From the IMG/VR virus record IMGVR_UViG_3300045988_117041: 64,000 nucleotides of DNA; one strand, 5' to 3'. Positions within the stretch are counted from its first letter, which is position 1. Each line of letters begins with the position of its first letter. The position numbers and the translations under genes are program-made. The notes under the pieces are model-generated. The model was not told where the DNA came from. It did no database searches and was given only the letters and a program-made list of their open reading frames with translations. Source of the DNA: a virus. Below are positions 36,858-45,405 of this stretch, piece by piece.

Positions 36858-39800
36858 GGCAGACGAATATCTTGAATACCTCTATGGTAGACTTCCCACA
36901 CAATGGAGGTTATTAGACCAAGAAGAAGGTCTTCCTCTGTACAATTATCTTAAAGTGATTGTGTACGGAGGACTTGAAAAGAATATAGACCTTGCGAACA
37001 AGTTTACAGAACTGACAGACCCGGTTAGGTGTCCTAGTCCGTTCTTTCCTACGTTATACGAATCCATAGGACTTAAGTATGACTGGGGAATCAGTGAAGT
37101 ATATCAAAGACGTGTGTTCCAGAATATCGGTGAGTTAATGCGGCGTAGAGGTTCCTATAACTCAATCAGATATTTAATCCGTGTGTTGACTGGAATGGAG
37201 TGTAACCTTGACTACCAGAGAAATCCGGTAAAGAACTATGAGAACACAGACCTTGTAGCGTTCCAAGGATATAATAAAGGTGATATTACCGTCCTTGAAA
37301 TGAAAGGTGAGACGACACAGGACACCACTGAGGGTTATAATGTACTTGATATAGTAGGTAAAACTGCTACAAGTGGTGATTGTCGTGTTAAAGTGTACGA
37401 TAATGGTGTAATGCAAGTAACTGGAACCCTTTTATCAGACAGTTCAGATATGTACATTAGTAATAACTACACTGCCGAGGAAAAGAAAAAACTTAAACCG
37501 GGAATATACACTTTAATAGGAGGTAATAAAGTATATCCAACACCTTTTTTTAAGTTTAGCAATGGTGAAGGTTTTATAGAAATAAAAAATAATACTAACA
37601 CGACAATGGACGTAACACAGCGTATGTTAGACGCTGATTATAATGTTGTGTCTGGTGTGTGGGGTGGAAGAGGTGTCAAAGTAGTTCCGGGGTTATGTAG
37701 ACCTTATGTAGTGTGTGATAGTGATAATCCTAATATATTCGACCATTGGGCGTTAAAGATATATGATAAGGCTACCTACACAATACAGAATAACTATGGC
37801 TTCACCGTAGTAGGAAATCCAGTATCATTTGATATGGTGCCAACTAAGAGATTTTCAGAGTATGCGGGGAAGACATTGTACATTAGTGGTGAGATAGTTA
37901 GTGAGACAACTACCGCGGGCGTTCACACAGAAGTGTCTATAAACCACTATGACGGCACTGCATGGCAAGGTAGTAGTATCAAGTTAGGTGTTGGTAAGTT
38001 TAGAAACGTTGCATACACTGTACCAATGACAGCAGAAGGTTCCTATACACGTCTGATATTTAGACCTAGAAATGGCACCATGGTGTTAAATAATATCCGG
38101 GTTACTGAAAAACCTTACGTTGATGATAACAAAGTAAGTACAGGTGTTCAATTAATAAATTCGGATATGTTACCTAGTGTAAATAACAACGGTGTTACGA
38201 TAAATAACAACGGTGATGGTAGTTTTACAGTCAAAGGTACTGCTACAGGATATATTACCAGTATCTATAATCTATCCTTATCACCCGGAACTTACTGTGT
38301 AAGCGGAAGGAAAAATAATACTCAATTTTTTATTCGTGTTAGCAAAGACGGTCAGAATTATGTCAATTATACCAATTCTTTTGAGATAAAGGGTGACGAA
38401 GCCTGGGTGAAAGCCTTTATCCAAGTAGACAAGGGTAAGACAGCAAATGACACGATATGGCCTATGCTTAATACAGGTTCCGTAGCAAAACCATGGGAAC
38501 CATTCACCTATGGTATTCCAGTGAAAGGACACGTAACACCAACGGAACCGTTTGAACCTTATTCAAAAAGTGTACCCTCACCGAGTATAGAGTTTAGACA
38601 GCCGTTCCATAATGTAGGAGACCCGGTAAATTTAATCAAGCTGAGATTATCGTCCAGAACGTCAAACGGTATAACTTATACCAACAACGGTGATGGAACA
38701 TTCAGTATTACAGGTACTAATACACTCGCCGCAGAAAACACCACTTTCAGAATAGACCAGACAGATGGTAATACGTCTGATATAACCACTTACGAGCCGG
38801 GTTATTATTCAATGCATTTTGAAGTGCTGGAAGGGGATAACACATCAGAAGAAATAGGTCTTGCGCTGTACTCACCCGGCATGAATAAGACATACGTGAG
38901 TGAAGCAACAACACCTATGTACGTGAGTGAGACAATCAAAGATGGAACTATAGTCCTTATCGTTAAAGGTGGTAAGACTGTAAATTCCAGAATAAGAGTA
39001 CAGCTACAGAAGGGGTGTTTCTGTACAGACTGGAAACCTTATTCAGAAGGTGGTGTATACGAGTTCATCACCAGTAAGGGAAGACGTAACCTGTTATCAC
39101 ACACCAACATGGGTTACTACGGTTTTTACGCAACACAGTATTCACGTTTGGAACGTGCGCAGACCCCTACTGATAAAAACGCTGTAAAAGCAATATGCAC
39201 TAAAGCGGGACAGAATTACGGTATAAGAAACAGGGTACCAGACTTTAAGGCAAACACCATTAAACCAAACACTATATATCAAGTGTCTTTTGATTACTAC
39301 TTAAGCACAAACAACAATGTAGAGCTAAGGTGTGATTTACAGCGTGACGAAGATTGGGTCAAAGTTGTAGAATTTAATGCTAAGGCTACAGAAGTACAGA
39401 AGTGGAATAGTGTAGAATTTAATGCTAAGGCTACAGACTTTTTACAGATAAACACTGATTTAATATTGACCTTATATGTAAGTAGTGGCAGTAATGCTGT
39501 AGGTGATTATATCACCATTCAGAATCTACAGTTACACGAAACAGACTTACCTAACGAGTGGGTGCCAGCGTTAGAAGACCAGACAGCAGGAACACCAAAC
39601 AATGATGATGTACAGTTATTTGACGCGTCACAGTTACGTCCTTTACACACAGATAAAACTACTGTGACAGTGGCAAGTAATGTTATCACCATAACCACTA
39701 CAGAAGCGTGGGGTGGTGCTAAGTACGAAATCACAGAGTTAGTGAAAGGCAGAGAAGTATTTATAAGTGGTGTTAAGAAGTCTGTAACGCCCGGTAGTAC

Positions 39801-40869
39801 AGGAGAAACCGCACTGCAAGTTAAAATCACTAAAGCAGATGGCACCAAGTCATATACCTCAGAGGGACACAGTGTTGTAGTGGAAGACGATATTAAGTCT
39901 GCTATCGTTGAATTAGTAACTAACAATACCGGGTCAGACTTAGAAGCACCTAAAACGGCTACTTTCACTGATGTAATGTTGAACTTTGGTAACAGAGCAT
40001 ACCCATGGAGACCTTATGACCCGTCCACTGCAATAATACCAAAACCGGAACCAGTGAGTGATTATATCCAGCGGGCAATGATTAATTTAACAGCACCTTT
40101 AAGAAGTTGTGGACTAATCAATCCTGTACGTGATAGAATTGTAAGGACAGGTACTAAAGACGCGTACAAGTGGAAAGTGCATAGACGTGTAGGTGTTCAA
40201 GTATTAAATGGTACTGAGAGTTGGGAAGTGTCTTTCGTGCAAGGTAGTTATATCCGTTTCGCGTTGATTAACAATGACCTGTACGATATTGCGGGGCCAA
40301 GAATGTGTGATGGTCTTCCTTATGAATCAGTGTATGACAACACTATGACACATGAGTGTGTACACAGCAGTTTAGAGGACGGGCGAATAGGAATAACAAT
40401 CCTTTTAAGCAGATTAGCAACGTCTGATGTAGCCGGGTTTAAATCGTGGCTGACAAGTAATAATCTGACCGTGTTATATGGTAAAGCACAGATTGACTAT
40501 GAAGACCTGGACGCAACGTCACAAAGACAACTGAGTGCGATAGAGGCATATAACAGCGAACACACAACCTATATGTATACAATGGACAGTGTGAACCCGG
40601 ATTTACTCGTAGAATACACAGGCTTTGGACGTTATCTGTTTATTGCAATGTTGGCGGCGGATATAGAACAGTTAAGGAATATGGACAATAGTGTTAAACT
40701 CGTAGAGAGGTTCTTAACACAGTTCGTACCGTACTATATAACACCTGTAGTAAGTGGTGAAGTTTCACAGCAAGAAATAACAGGTACACACCATATGGGT
40801 GTTATTGTCACTGAATCAAAGATATACACACTTGTACAGTACAGGTCAGATAACCTAACACCACAGTAA
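36844..40869 (+). CDS. large tail fibre protein with gpI/XkdU-like N-terminal domain
   Basis: TTG at 36844 lies 6 nt after ggaggtg. The N-terminus is RLPTQWR...FFPTLYESIGL...MRRRGSYNSIRYLIRVLTG. The protein is about 1340 aa with repeated NNGDG(S/T)F..(K/T)GT modules. Confidence 0.7.
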   Translation: MSRIKADEYLEYLYGRLPTQWRLLDQEEGLPLYNYLKVIVYGGLEKNIDLANKFTELTDPVRCPSPFFPTLYESIGLKYDWGISEVYQRRVFQNIGELMRRRGSYNSIRYLIRVLTGMECNLDYQRNPVKNYENTDLVAFQGYNKGDITVLEMKGETTQDTTEGYNVLDIVGKTATSGDCRVKVYDNGVMQVTGTLLSDSSDMYISNNYTAEEKKKLKPGIYTLIGGNKVYPTPFFKFSNGEGFIEIKNNTNTTMDVTQRMLDADYNVVSGVWGGRGVKVVPGLCRPYVVCDSDNPNIFDHWALKIYDKATYTIQNNYGFTVVGNPVSFDMVPTKRFSEYAGKTLYISGEIVSETTTAGVHTEVSINHYDGTAWQGSSIKLGVGKFRNVAYTVPMTAEGSYTRLIFRPRNGTMVLNNIRVTEKPYVDDNKVSTGVQLINSDMLPSVNNNGVTINNNGDGSFTVKGTATGYITSIYNLSLSPGTYCVSGRKNNTQFFIRVSKDGQNYVNYTNSFEIKGDEAWVKAFIQVDKGKTANDTIWPMLNTGSVAKPWEPFTYGIPVKGHVTPTEPFEPYSKSVPSPSIEFRQPFHNVGDPVNLIKLRLSSRTSNGITYTNNGDGTFSITGTNTLAAENTTFRIDQTDGNTSDITTYEPGYYSMHFEVLEGDNTSEEIGLALYSPGMNKTYVSEATTPMYVSETIKDGTIVLIVKGGKTVNSRIRVQLQKGCFCTDWKPYSEGGVYEFITSKGRRNLLSHTNMGYYGFYATQYSRLERAQTPTDKNAVKAICTKAGQNYGIRNRVPDFKANTIKPNTIYQVSFDYYLSTNNNVELRCDLQRDEDWVKVVEFNAKATEVQKWNSVEFNAKATDFLQINTDLILTLYVSSGSNAVGDYITIQNLQLHETDLPNEWVPALEDQTAGTPNNDDVQLFDASQLRPLHTDKTTVTVASNVITITTTEAWGGAKYEITELVKGREVFISGVKKSVTPGSTGETALQVKITKADGTKSYTSEGHSVVVEDDIKSAIVELVTNNTGSDLEAPKTATFTDVMLNFGNRAYPWRPYDPSTAIIPKPEPVSDYIQRAMINLTAPLRSCGLINPVRDRIVRTGTKDAYKWKVHRRVGVQVLNGTESWEVSFVQGSYIRFALINNDLYDIAGPRMCDGLPYESVYDNTMTHECVHSSLEDGRIGITILLSRLATSDVAGFKSWLTSNNLTVLYGKAQIDYEDLDATSQRQLSAIEAYNSEHTTYMYTMDSVNPDLLVEYTGFGRYLFIAMLAADIEQLRNMDNSVKLVERFLTQFVPYYITPVVSGEVSQQEITGTHHMGVIVTESKIYTLVQYRSDNLTPQ
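39367..39437 (+). repeat. 26-bp perfect direct repeat, 45-bp period, in frame
   Basis: gtagaatttaatgctaaggctacaga occurs at 39367-39392 and 39412-39437 and encodes VEFNAKAT twice. Confidence 0.9.
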
Positions 40870-40888
40870 AGAAAGGAGCGGTAAATAA

Positions 40889-41824
40889 ATGGCAACATGG
40901 AGAACAGACTGTACGTTCATTACTAATGAGGGGTTAGCTTTAATAGCAAAACTCGCGTTAGGTGACAAGCAGTTAGAATTAACAAGGTCTGCCTTTGGTA
41001 GTGGTAGAGTACCAGAAGCTATGCTGGCAAGACAGACAGCCTTAACAGACGAGGTGAAAAACCTCGTCTTCACTGATAAGAGAGTGGTAGATAACAGCAC
41101 CGTGATACAGACACAGCTAACCAATGAAGGTGTTACCGCACAGACAAACATCAACCAGTTAGGGTATTTTGCAAATGACCCGGATAAAGGTGAGATACTC
41201 TATCTGATAACACAGTGTGACCAGGACACAGCAGATAAGTTACCAGCGTATGCAGATACTCCTACGGTGCTGTCCTACAGCATACAGTTATTCCACGAAA
41301 ATGGTGTGCAGATAAATGCTACTGTAGACCTTGCCGGGTATGTAAATAATATGCGGTTTAATGAGTATAAAGCCGAGGTAACAGAGACACTTAATAACTA
41401 CGTGTTGAAGACCGGGACGCTTAACCTTAACACCGTGGAGTTTAGTATGGCTTCAAGTAAGGTTCTGCCCGTATCCGCAGAAACGTTACCAAATATTATC
41501 GGTAAGATAACAAAATACCTCCATGATTGGGAGCGGTCATATTTAATGACCCTACCAGCCAGAGGCTGGGCCGGTTCCGCTGATTCCGGGTGGACACAGC
41601 GGATAAGGGTAAGTGGTATAGATAACACCACAGATGAATATAAATTCTACAGGACAATACCAGATGACGTGAACACACCGGCACTTGCAAAGACCTATAA
41701 GAAGTCTGCCGGGTTTGTTGATGAAATGTACCCTGTGAACGTGAGTGGCACAGTGTATGTAGAAGCAAAGTGTTGGAACAAAGTTCCTACAGTAAACCTT
41801 GTGTTTACACTAGAAGGGAGGTAA
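40889..41824 (+). CDS. tail-collar fibre protein-like
   Basis: The N-terminus (ITNEGLALIAKLALGDKQLELTRSAFGSG) resembles the phage tail-collar fibre N-domain. Confidence 0.6.
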   Translation: MATWRTDCTFITNEGLALIAKLALGDKQLELTRSAFGSGRVPEAMLARQTALTDEVKNLVFTDKRVVDNSTVIQTQLTNEGVTAQTNINQLGYFANDPDKGEILYLITQCDQDTADKLPAYADTPTVLSYSIQLFHENGVQINATVDLAGYVNNMRFNEYKAEVTETLNNYVLKTGTLNLNTVEFSMASSKVLPVSAETLPNIIGKITKYLHDWERSYLMTLPARGWAGSADSGWTQRIRVSGIDNTTDEYKFYRTIPDDVNTPALAKTYKKSAGFVDEMYPVNVSGTVYVEAKCWNKVPTVNLVFTLEGR

Positions 41825-41829
41825 TCATT

Positions 41830-42963
41830 ATGAAGTATATAAATGCGTCTGGCGGTGGTGGAGGTGGTACTGGTTCTGATGATGTGACAGCACTCAACAA
41901 ACACGTACTGGAACCGTACACAGCAGTAACAAAAGAGAGTGATGATGACCCCGCAAAAGGAACTATGAAGAATTTAGTAGACCGGGCCACAATAACGCAC
42001 ACATCAGATAATGCAACAAAGGTGTTGTTAGCAGATGAAGCCTATATAGCAGAAAACTCAGATGGTGTTAGACGTGTTGAGTTACGTTACAACGGTGATG
42101 AAGGTTTTATAAAGACTAACACATTAGTTGCATACCCAGAATCACAAGCAGGAGCAAAGTTTGGTATTACAGCAGACAAGATAGCAAACGGTCAAGTAGT
42201 GTTGGGAATGACCGGGACGTATAAAGGTTTAGGTAATGCTACAGCCGCACAAGTCCTTAGTGGTTATTCGTTTTCTTCTGCCGCTTTAAGTAATGCCTCT
42301 GGTTCTATGCCAGATAGAGGTGCATGGGGTGCGACACTTGCAATCAACGGCAGTGTTACAATACCTGCCGGGTATCACAATGGTTCTGGACGAATAACAC
42401 AAAGTATTGCCACAAAAGGAGCAACCACTATAACACCCATGTCTGCACAGCAGACAGCCGTAAGTGCTGGCACCTATTGTAGTGGCAATATAATCGTTGC
42501 TGGGAACGGCAACTTTGTAGCAGGAAACATTAAAAAGGGAGTAAACATCTGGGGTGTGGTAGGAACTTTTGAAGGTTGGGTACCTACACCACAGGACTGG
42601 TATTACAACGGTGTAAACACCTATGGAGTAGACTGTAATAGTACATACTTCCGATTTGAGAATACCCGCATATACTGTTTTTCTACTTCGTCTTCTAGGG
42701 TAAATAGTATCCAATTCAGAAGAGCCTACAACGTACAATCGTATTCAAGACTTAATTTTAATGGACATTTTATAAGTAACGCGGCGACTATTAGAGTAGA
42801 CTTAGAAGGAAGTAATATAGGCACCACAGTTACTAATGTACCAAATGGAGCGGGTTCTTTTAGTATTGATATATCACAGATATCCTCTTTTTCTGGTTCA
42901 GAAGCCCTATGGATACGTGACCTTAAAGGAGGTCTGTTCTTTAATAGAATATCACTATCTTAG
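41830..42963 (+). CDS. tail fibre protein with exchangeable C-terminus
   Basis: The ATG at 41830 follows gggagg. Has a Gly run near the N-terminus. Contains the left 26-bp inverted repeat at 42561-42586. Confidence 0.65.
   Translation: MKYINASGGGGGGTGSDDVTALNKHVLEPYTAVTKESDDDPAKGTMKNLVDRATITHTSDNATKVLLADEAYIAENSDGVRRVELRYNGDEGFIKTNTLVAYPESQAGAKFGITADKIANGQVVLGMTGTYKGLGNATAAQVLSGYSFSSAALSNASGSMPDRGAWGATLAINGSVTIPAGYHNGSGRITQSIATKGATTITPMSAQQTAVSAGTYCSGNIIVAGNGNFVAGNIKKGVNIWGVVGTFEGWVPTPQDWYYNGVNTYGVDCNSTYFRFENTRIYCFSTSSSRVNSIQFRRAYNVQSYSRLNFNGHFISNAATIRVDLEGSNIGTTVTNVPNGAGSFSIDISQISSFSGSEALWIRDLKGGLFFNRISLS
42561..42586 (+). repeat. IR-L, left 26-bp inverted repeat (putative recombination site)
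   Basis: aggaacttttgaaggttgggtaccta, encoding (V)GTFEGWVP(T). Confidence 0.95.
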
Positions 42964-42970
42964 ACCTTTG

Positions 42971-42993
42971 CTTTTGAAGGTTGTGGTATCCAT
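42971..42993 (+). repeat. third, degenerate copy of the repeat (direct relative to IR-L)
   Basis: cttttgaaggttg (13/13 identical to 42566-42578) followed by tggtatcca, where IR-L has ggtaccta. Lies 8 nt after the fibre stop codon. Confidence 0.7.
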
Positions 42994-43002
42994 TACGTAA
43001 GT

Positions 43003-43065
43003 GTTTATTAATTAATCTCCATCTGTGTTGGTATCTACCATGCAAGTGGAGATTAATTAATAAAC
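43003..43065. terminator. 19-bp perfect palindromic hairpin (bidirectional terminator candidate)
   Basis: gtttattaattaatctcca 43003-43021 pairs with tggagattaattaataaac 43047-43065, with a 25-nt loop. Confidence 0.6.
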
Positions 43066-43101
43066 GTCCATATTTTAATAACACACCCCAAAAGTTATAG
43101 G

Positions 43102-43548
43102 CTATTCTACATAGATGTGATAAATCATTAGTTGGTTATTTGGGGCATACCAATTTGAGACAATTAACTCAAAAATTGAGGTTTGATGAAATGCGGATAT
43201 ATCTGTAACTATAAAGGTATCATCTTTATTGATAACGAAGTTATTGTAGTTTGCTATCTCTACACCATTAAGTTTTTCAATAAAGTTAAATTTACCGATT
43301 GTGTCGGCGGACGTACATCTTGTCCTTATACAAAGTTTATTAAATGGAGAAAAATTAAATGCAGAACTTGCAGTTAATCTTACACCCGTTTTATACGGAA
43401 TATTTAGTAGGATACACCCACTCTCAAATGTCACACCTTGTCCGCTAGTTACGTGTAGACCTACTACGTTATTACCCATCTTGTATAAGTCCCAAGAGCT
43501 AGGTACCCAACCTTCAAAAGTTCCTGTAATAGGGACTAGAAATGTGAC
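43102..43548 (-). other. silent alternative tail-fibre C-terminal cassette, without promoter or start codon
   Basis: The minus-strand frame opens only 8 codons before the repeat. It reads VTFLVPITGTFEGWVPSSWDLYKMGNNVV... to the stop at 43102. No SD is present. It is the only minus-strand coding segment in the window. Confidence 0.65.
43500..43525 (-). repeat. IR-R, right 26-bp inverted repeat
   Basis: + strand taggtacccaaccttcaaaagttcct is the exact reverse complement of IR-L. Confidence 0.95.
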
Positions 43549-43595
43549 TTAGAGTGTGGTATAATGAAAGACATATGAGAAAGGAGGTTACAGCC

Positions 43596-44009
43596 ATGGA
43601 CGGTGACGATATCGTAAAAGTAGTAGAAGGTGAGCCGATAGTGACAGACCCCTTAGACATATGGGTGTTAGACGACCCCGCCAGAAACGGTCACGGTGAA
43701 ATAGTGTGTTTAAGAGAAAATTCCACAGGTGATGATTCCTTGACACACTACGTCATAGACCAGTCGCAAATGTTTGCGGGAAAGTGTGATGATTATATCT
43801 TAGGTTACTGTTACGAAGTGACGAAAGACAAAGACGGGAAAGTGTTACAGACCAGTGTGTATCCCTACAAAGACTGGGAGACACTGAACACTATTCAGAG
43901 ACTTTGGGAAGAATCACAGCGCAACAAAAGAAATCTGGATATGACAAGTGAAACACTCGTTGACCTTGACTACAGACAGACAATGATGGAGTTAGGTCTT
44001 ACACCATAA
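43596..44009 (+). CDS. hypothetical protein in the XkdW position
   Basis: The ATG at 43596 follows gaaaggagg. A TGG-TATAAT extended -10 lies at about 43558-43566. Confidence 0.45.
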   Translation: MDGDDIVKVVEGEPIVTDPLDIWVLDDPARNGHGEIVCLRENSTGDDSLTHYVIDQSQMFAGKCDDYILGYCYEVTKDKDGKVLQTSVYPYKDWETLNTIQRLWEESQRNKRNLDMTSETLVDLDYRQTMMELGLTP

Positions 44010-44030
44010 TATGAGGAAGGAGGTCTAAAA

Positions 44031-44216
44031 ATGCCGAGTGAAGTTACCTACAAGAATTGCAAGACATTGTATATCTTGCGCAAGGAGAGTGGAGGTCTTA
44101 CTGCTCAGTTTGTGGAACAGCAGAGCAATATCCTTGACACATTTTTAATGGCAGGACGTATCACTGAGGAACAGTACACAGAACTGAACGGTATTCTCGC
44201 AAATACAGCACAGTAA
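44031..44216 (+). CDS. XkdX-family small protein
   Basis: 61 aa. GRITEEQYTELNGI resembles the XkdX signature. SD gaaggagg. Confidence 0.5.
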   Translation: MPSEVTYKNCKTLYILRKESGGLTAQFVEQQSNILDTFLMAGRITEEQYTELNGILANTAQ

Positions 44217-44234
44217 AGACAGGAGGAAGGAACA

Positions 44235-44468
44235 ATGAAGTTAAGACCCAATATCAACAAAGGCTATGTCAATGCGGGGCCTGGAACACCAGATAAGAAA
44301 CCTGGAACTGGTGTTGATGTGAAATCAACTCACGTTGCAAAAGACCCTTACACTGGTAGTAAGAATCCCGGTAAGGGAAAAGACGAACCGAACCATATCG
44401 AAGCTGGCCCTGGGGACGAACAGAAAAGACCCGGCACAGGCAAACCGAAAAAGCCCGTAAAGAAATAA
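44235..44468 (+). CDS. hypothetical P/G/K-rich protein, likely disordered
   Basis: Internal repeat AGPG....K(K/R)PGTG occurs twice. SD caggagga. Confidence 0.5.
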   Translation: MKLRPNINKGYVNAGPGTPDKKPGTGVDVKSTHVAKDPYTGSKNPGKGKDEPNHIEAGPGDEQKRPGTGKPKKPVKK

Positions 44469-44527
44469 AAGACGGTCTCATACAAAATACAAAGACGTGG
44501 AGGACACGTAAACCAGTATAAAGCGAG

Positions 44528-44908
44528 GTGATAAAGTTGATACAAATGGAAACGTTAATCACAATTATTTCCTTGATTGTAGCTGGTGTGTCTTGTATAG
44601 GCGGCCTTTACTTTAATACTCGTAATTCCAGCAAAGCTGACACAGACCGGGTGATTGAAGAAGCAAAAAAGGACGCTAAGTTGGAAGTAAAAATGGAGGA
44701 AGTTGTAAGGAGCAATGCTCAGTTGTCCGCTGACGTTAAATCGTTACTATCTGAATTTCAGAAGACCAGTGAAAGAATGACATTAAATGAATCGTCTATA
44801 AAGTCTTTACACAAGCGCGTTGATTACCTTTTCGATAAGATGGGTATTGACCGCCGAATAACAGACACGGTGCCGGACAATAAAGACAGTTTAGGAGGTG
44901 TAAAGTAA
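44528..44908 (+). CDS. membrane-anchored coiled-coil protein (lysis-associated?)
   Basis: One N-terminal TM segment (LITIISLIVAGVSCIGGLYF) followed by a coiled coil. The start is ambiguous (GTG 44528, TTG 44537 or ATG 44546). Confidence 0.5.
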   Translation: MIKLIQMETLITIISLIVAGVSCIGGLYFNTRNSSKADTDRVIEEAKKDAKLEVKMEEVVRSNAQLSADVKSLLSEFQKTSERMTLNESSIKSLHKRVDYLFDKMGIDRRITDTVPDNKDSLGGVK

Positions 44909-44909
44909 A

Positions 44910-45185
44910 ATGCAGACACAGGATTTAGGACAATTCATTGTCGAGAATAAGCAGATTATCGTTCCTGTAGTGTACGTGTTAGGTATGTTCCTTAAGAAAA
45001 CACCGAAAGTCCTTGATTGGATTATTCCGTGGATTCTTTTAGCAGTGTGCATTGCACTGTCTATTGGAATTGACCTGTATACACCAGAACCGATTAATTT
45101 TGCGGTAGCAATCATGCAGGGTATTCTCTGTGCGGGTGAAGCTGTCCTGGTTAATCAGTTAATCAAGCAGACGAAAAACAAATAA
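44910..45185 (+). CDS. holin (phiLC3/Hol44-like)
   Basis: 91 aa with 2-3 TM segments and a charged C-terminus (IKQTKNK). IVPVVYVLGMFLKKTPKV...IPWIL resembles that holin family. Confidence 0.7.
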   Translation: MQTQDLGQFIVENKQIIVPVVYVLGMFLKKTPKVLDWIIPWILLAVCIALSIGIDLYTPEPINFAVAIMQGILCAGEAVLVNQLIKQTKNK

Positions 45186-45238
45186 GCCGAAAGACCTGTA
45201 CAGAAATGTATGGGTCTTTTATGTTAGGGGTGTTGTTT

Positions 45239-45391
45239 ATGAAAATCGTATGTAACAAGAACTGTAGAAAGTGCGGAAAATTAAACGCAAAGACAGACGA
45301 TAAAGGTTATCCATGGGCGTGGGAGTGCTTGAAATTTAATGAGCGCATACCACAGGAGAGATTAGAACGTTCAAAGACATTTGTAAGATAA
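45239..45391 (+). CDS. small Cys-containing protein
   Basis: MKIVCNKNCRKCGKL. A weak SD agggg upstream. Preceded by a hairpin at about 45191-45221. Confidence 0.4.
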   Translation: MKIVCNKNCRKCGKLNAKTDDKGYPWAWECLKFNERIPQERLERSKTFVR

Positions 45392-45405
45392 GGAGAGTGT
45401 GTTTA

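Larger units (their letters stand above)
42587..43499. other. predicted invertible DNA segment (913 bp)
   Basis: Bracketed by perfect 26-bp inverted repeats. Carries the active fibre C-terminus, a central 19-bp palindromic hairpin and a silent alternative C-terminus on the opposite strand. Confidence 0.65.

Noticed and set aside
41830-43551. Diversity-generating retroelement (TR/VR pair) acting on the fibre C-terminus
   Set aside because: The repeated sequences are short (26 bp), perfectly identical and inverted. They show no adenine-specific mismatches, and no reverse transcriptase is present in the window.
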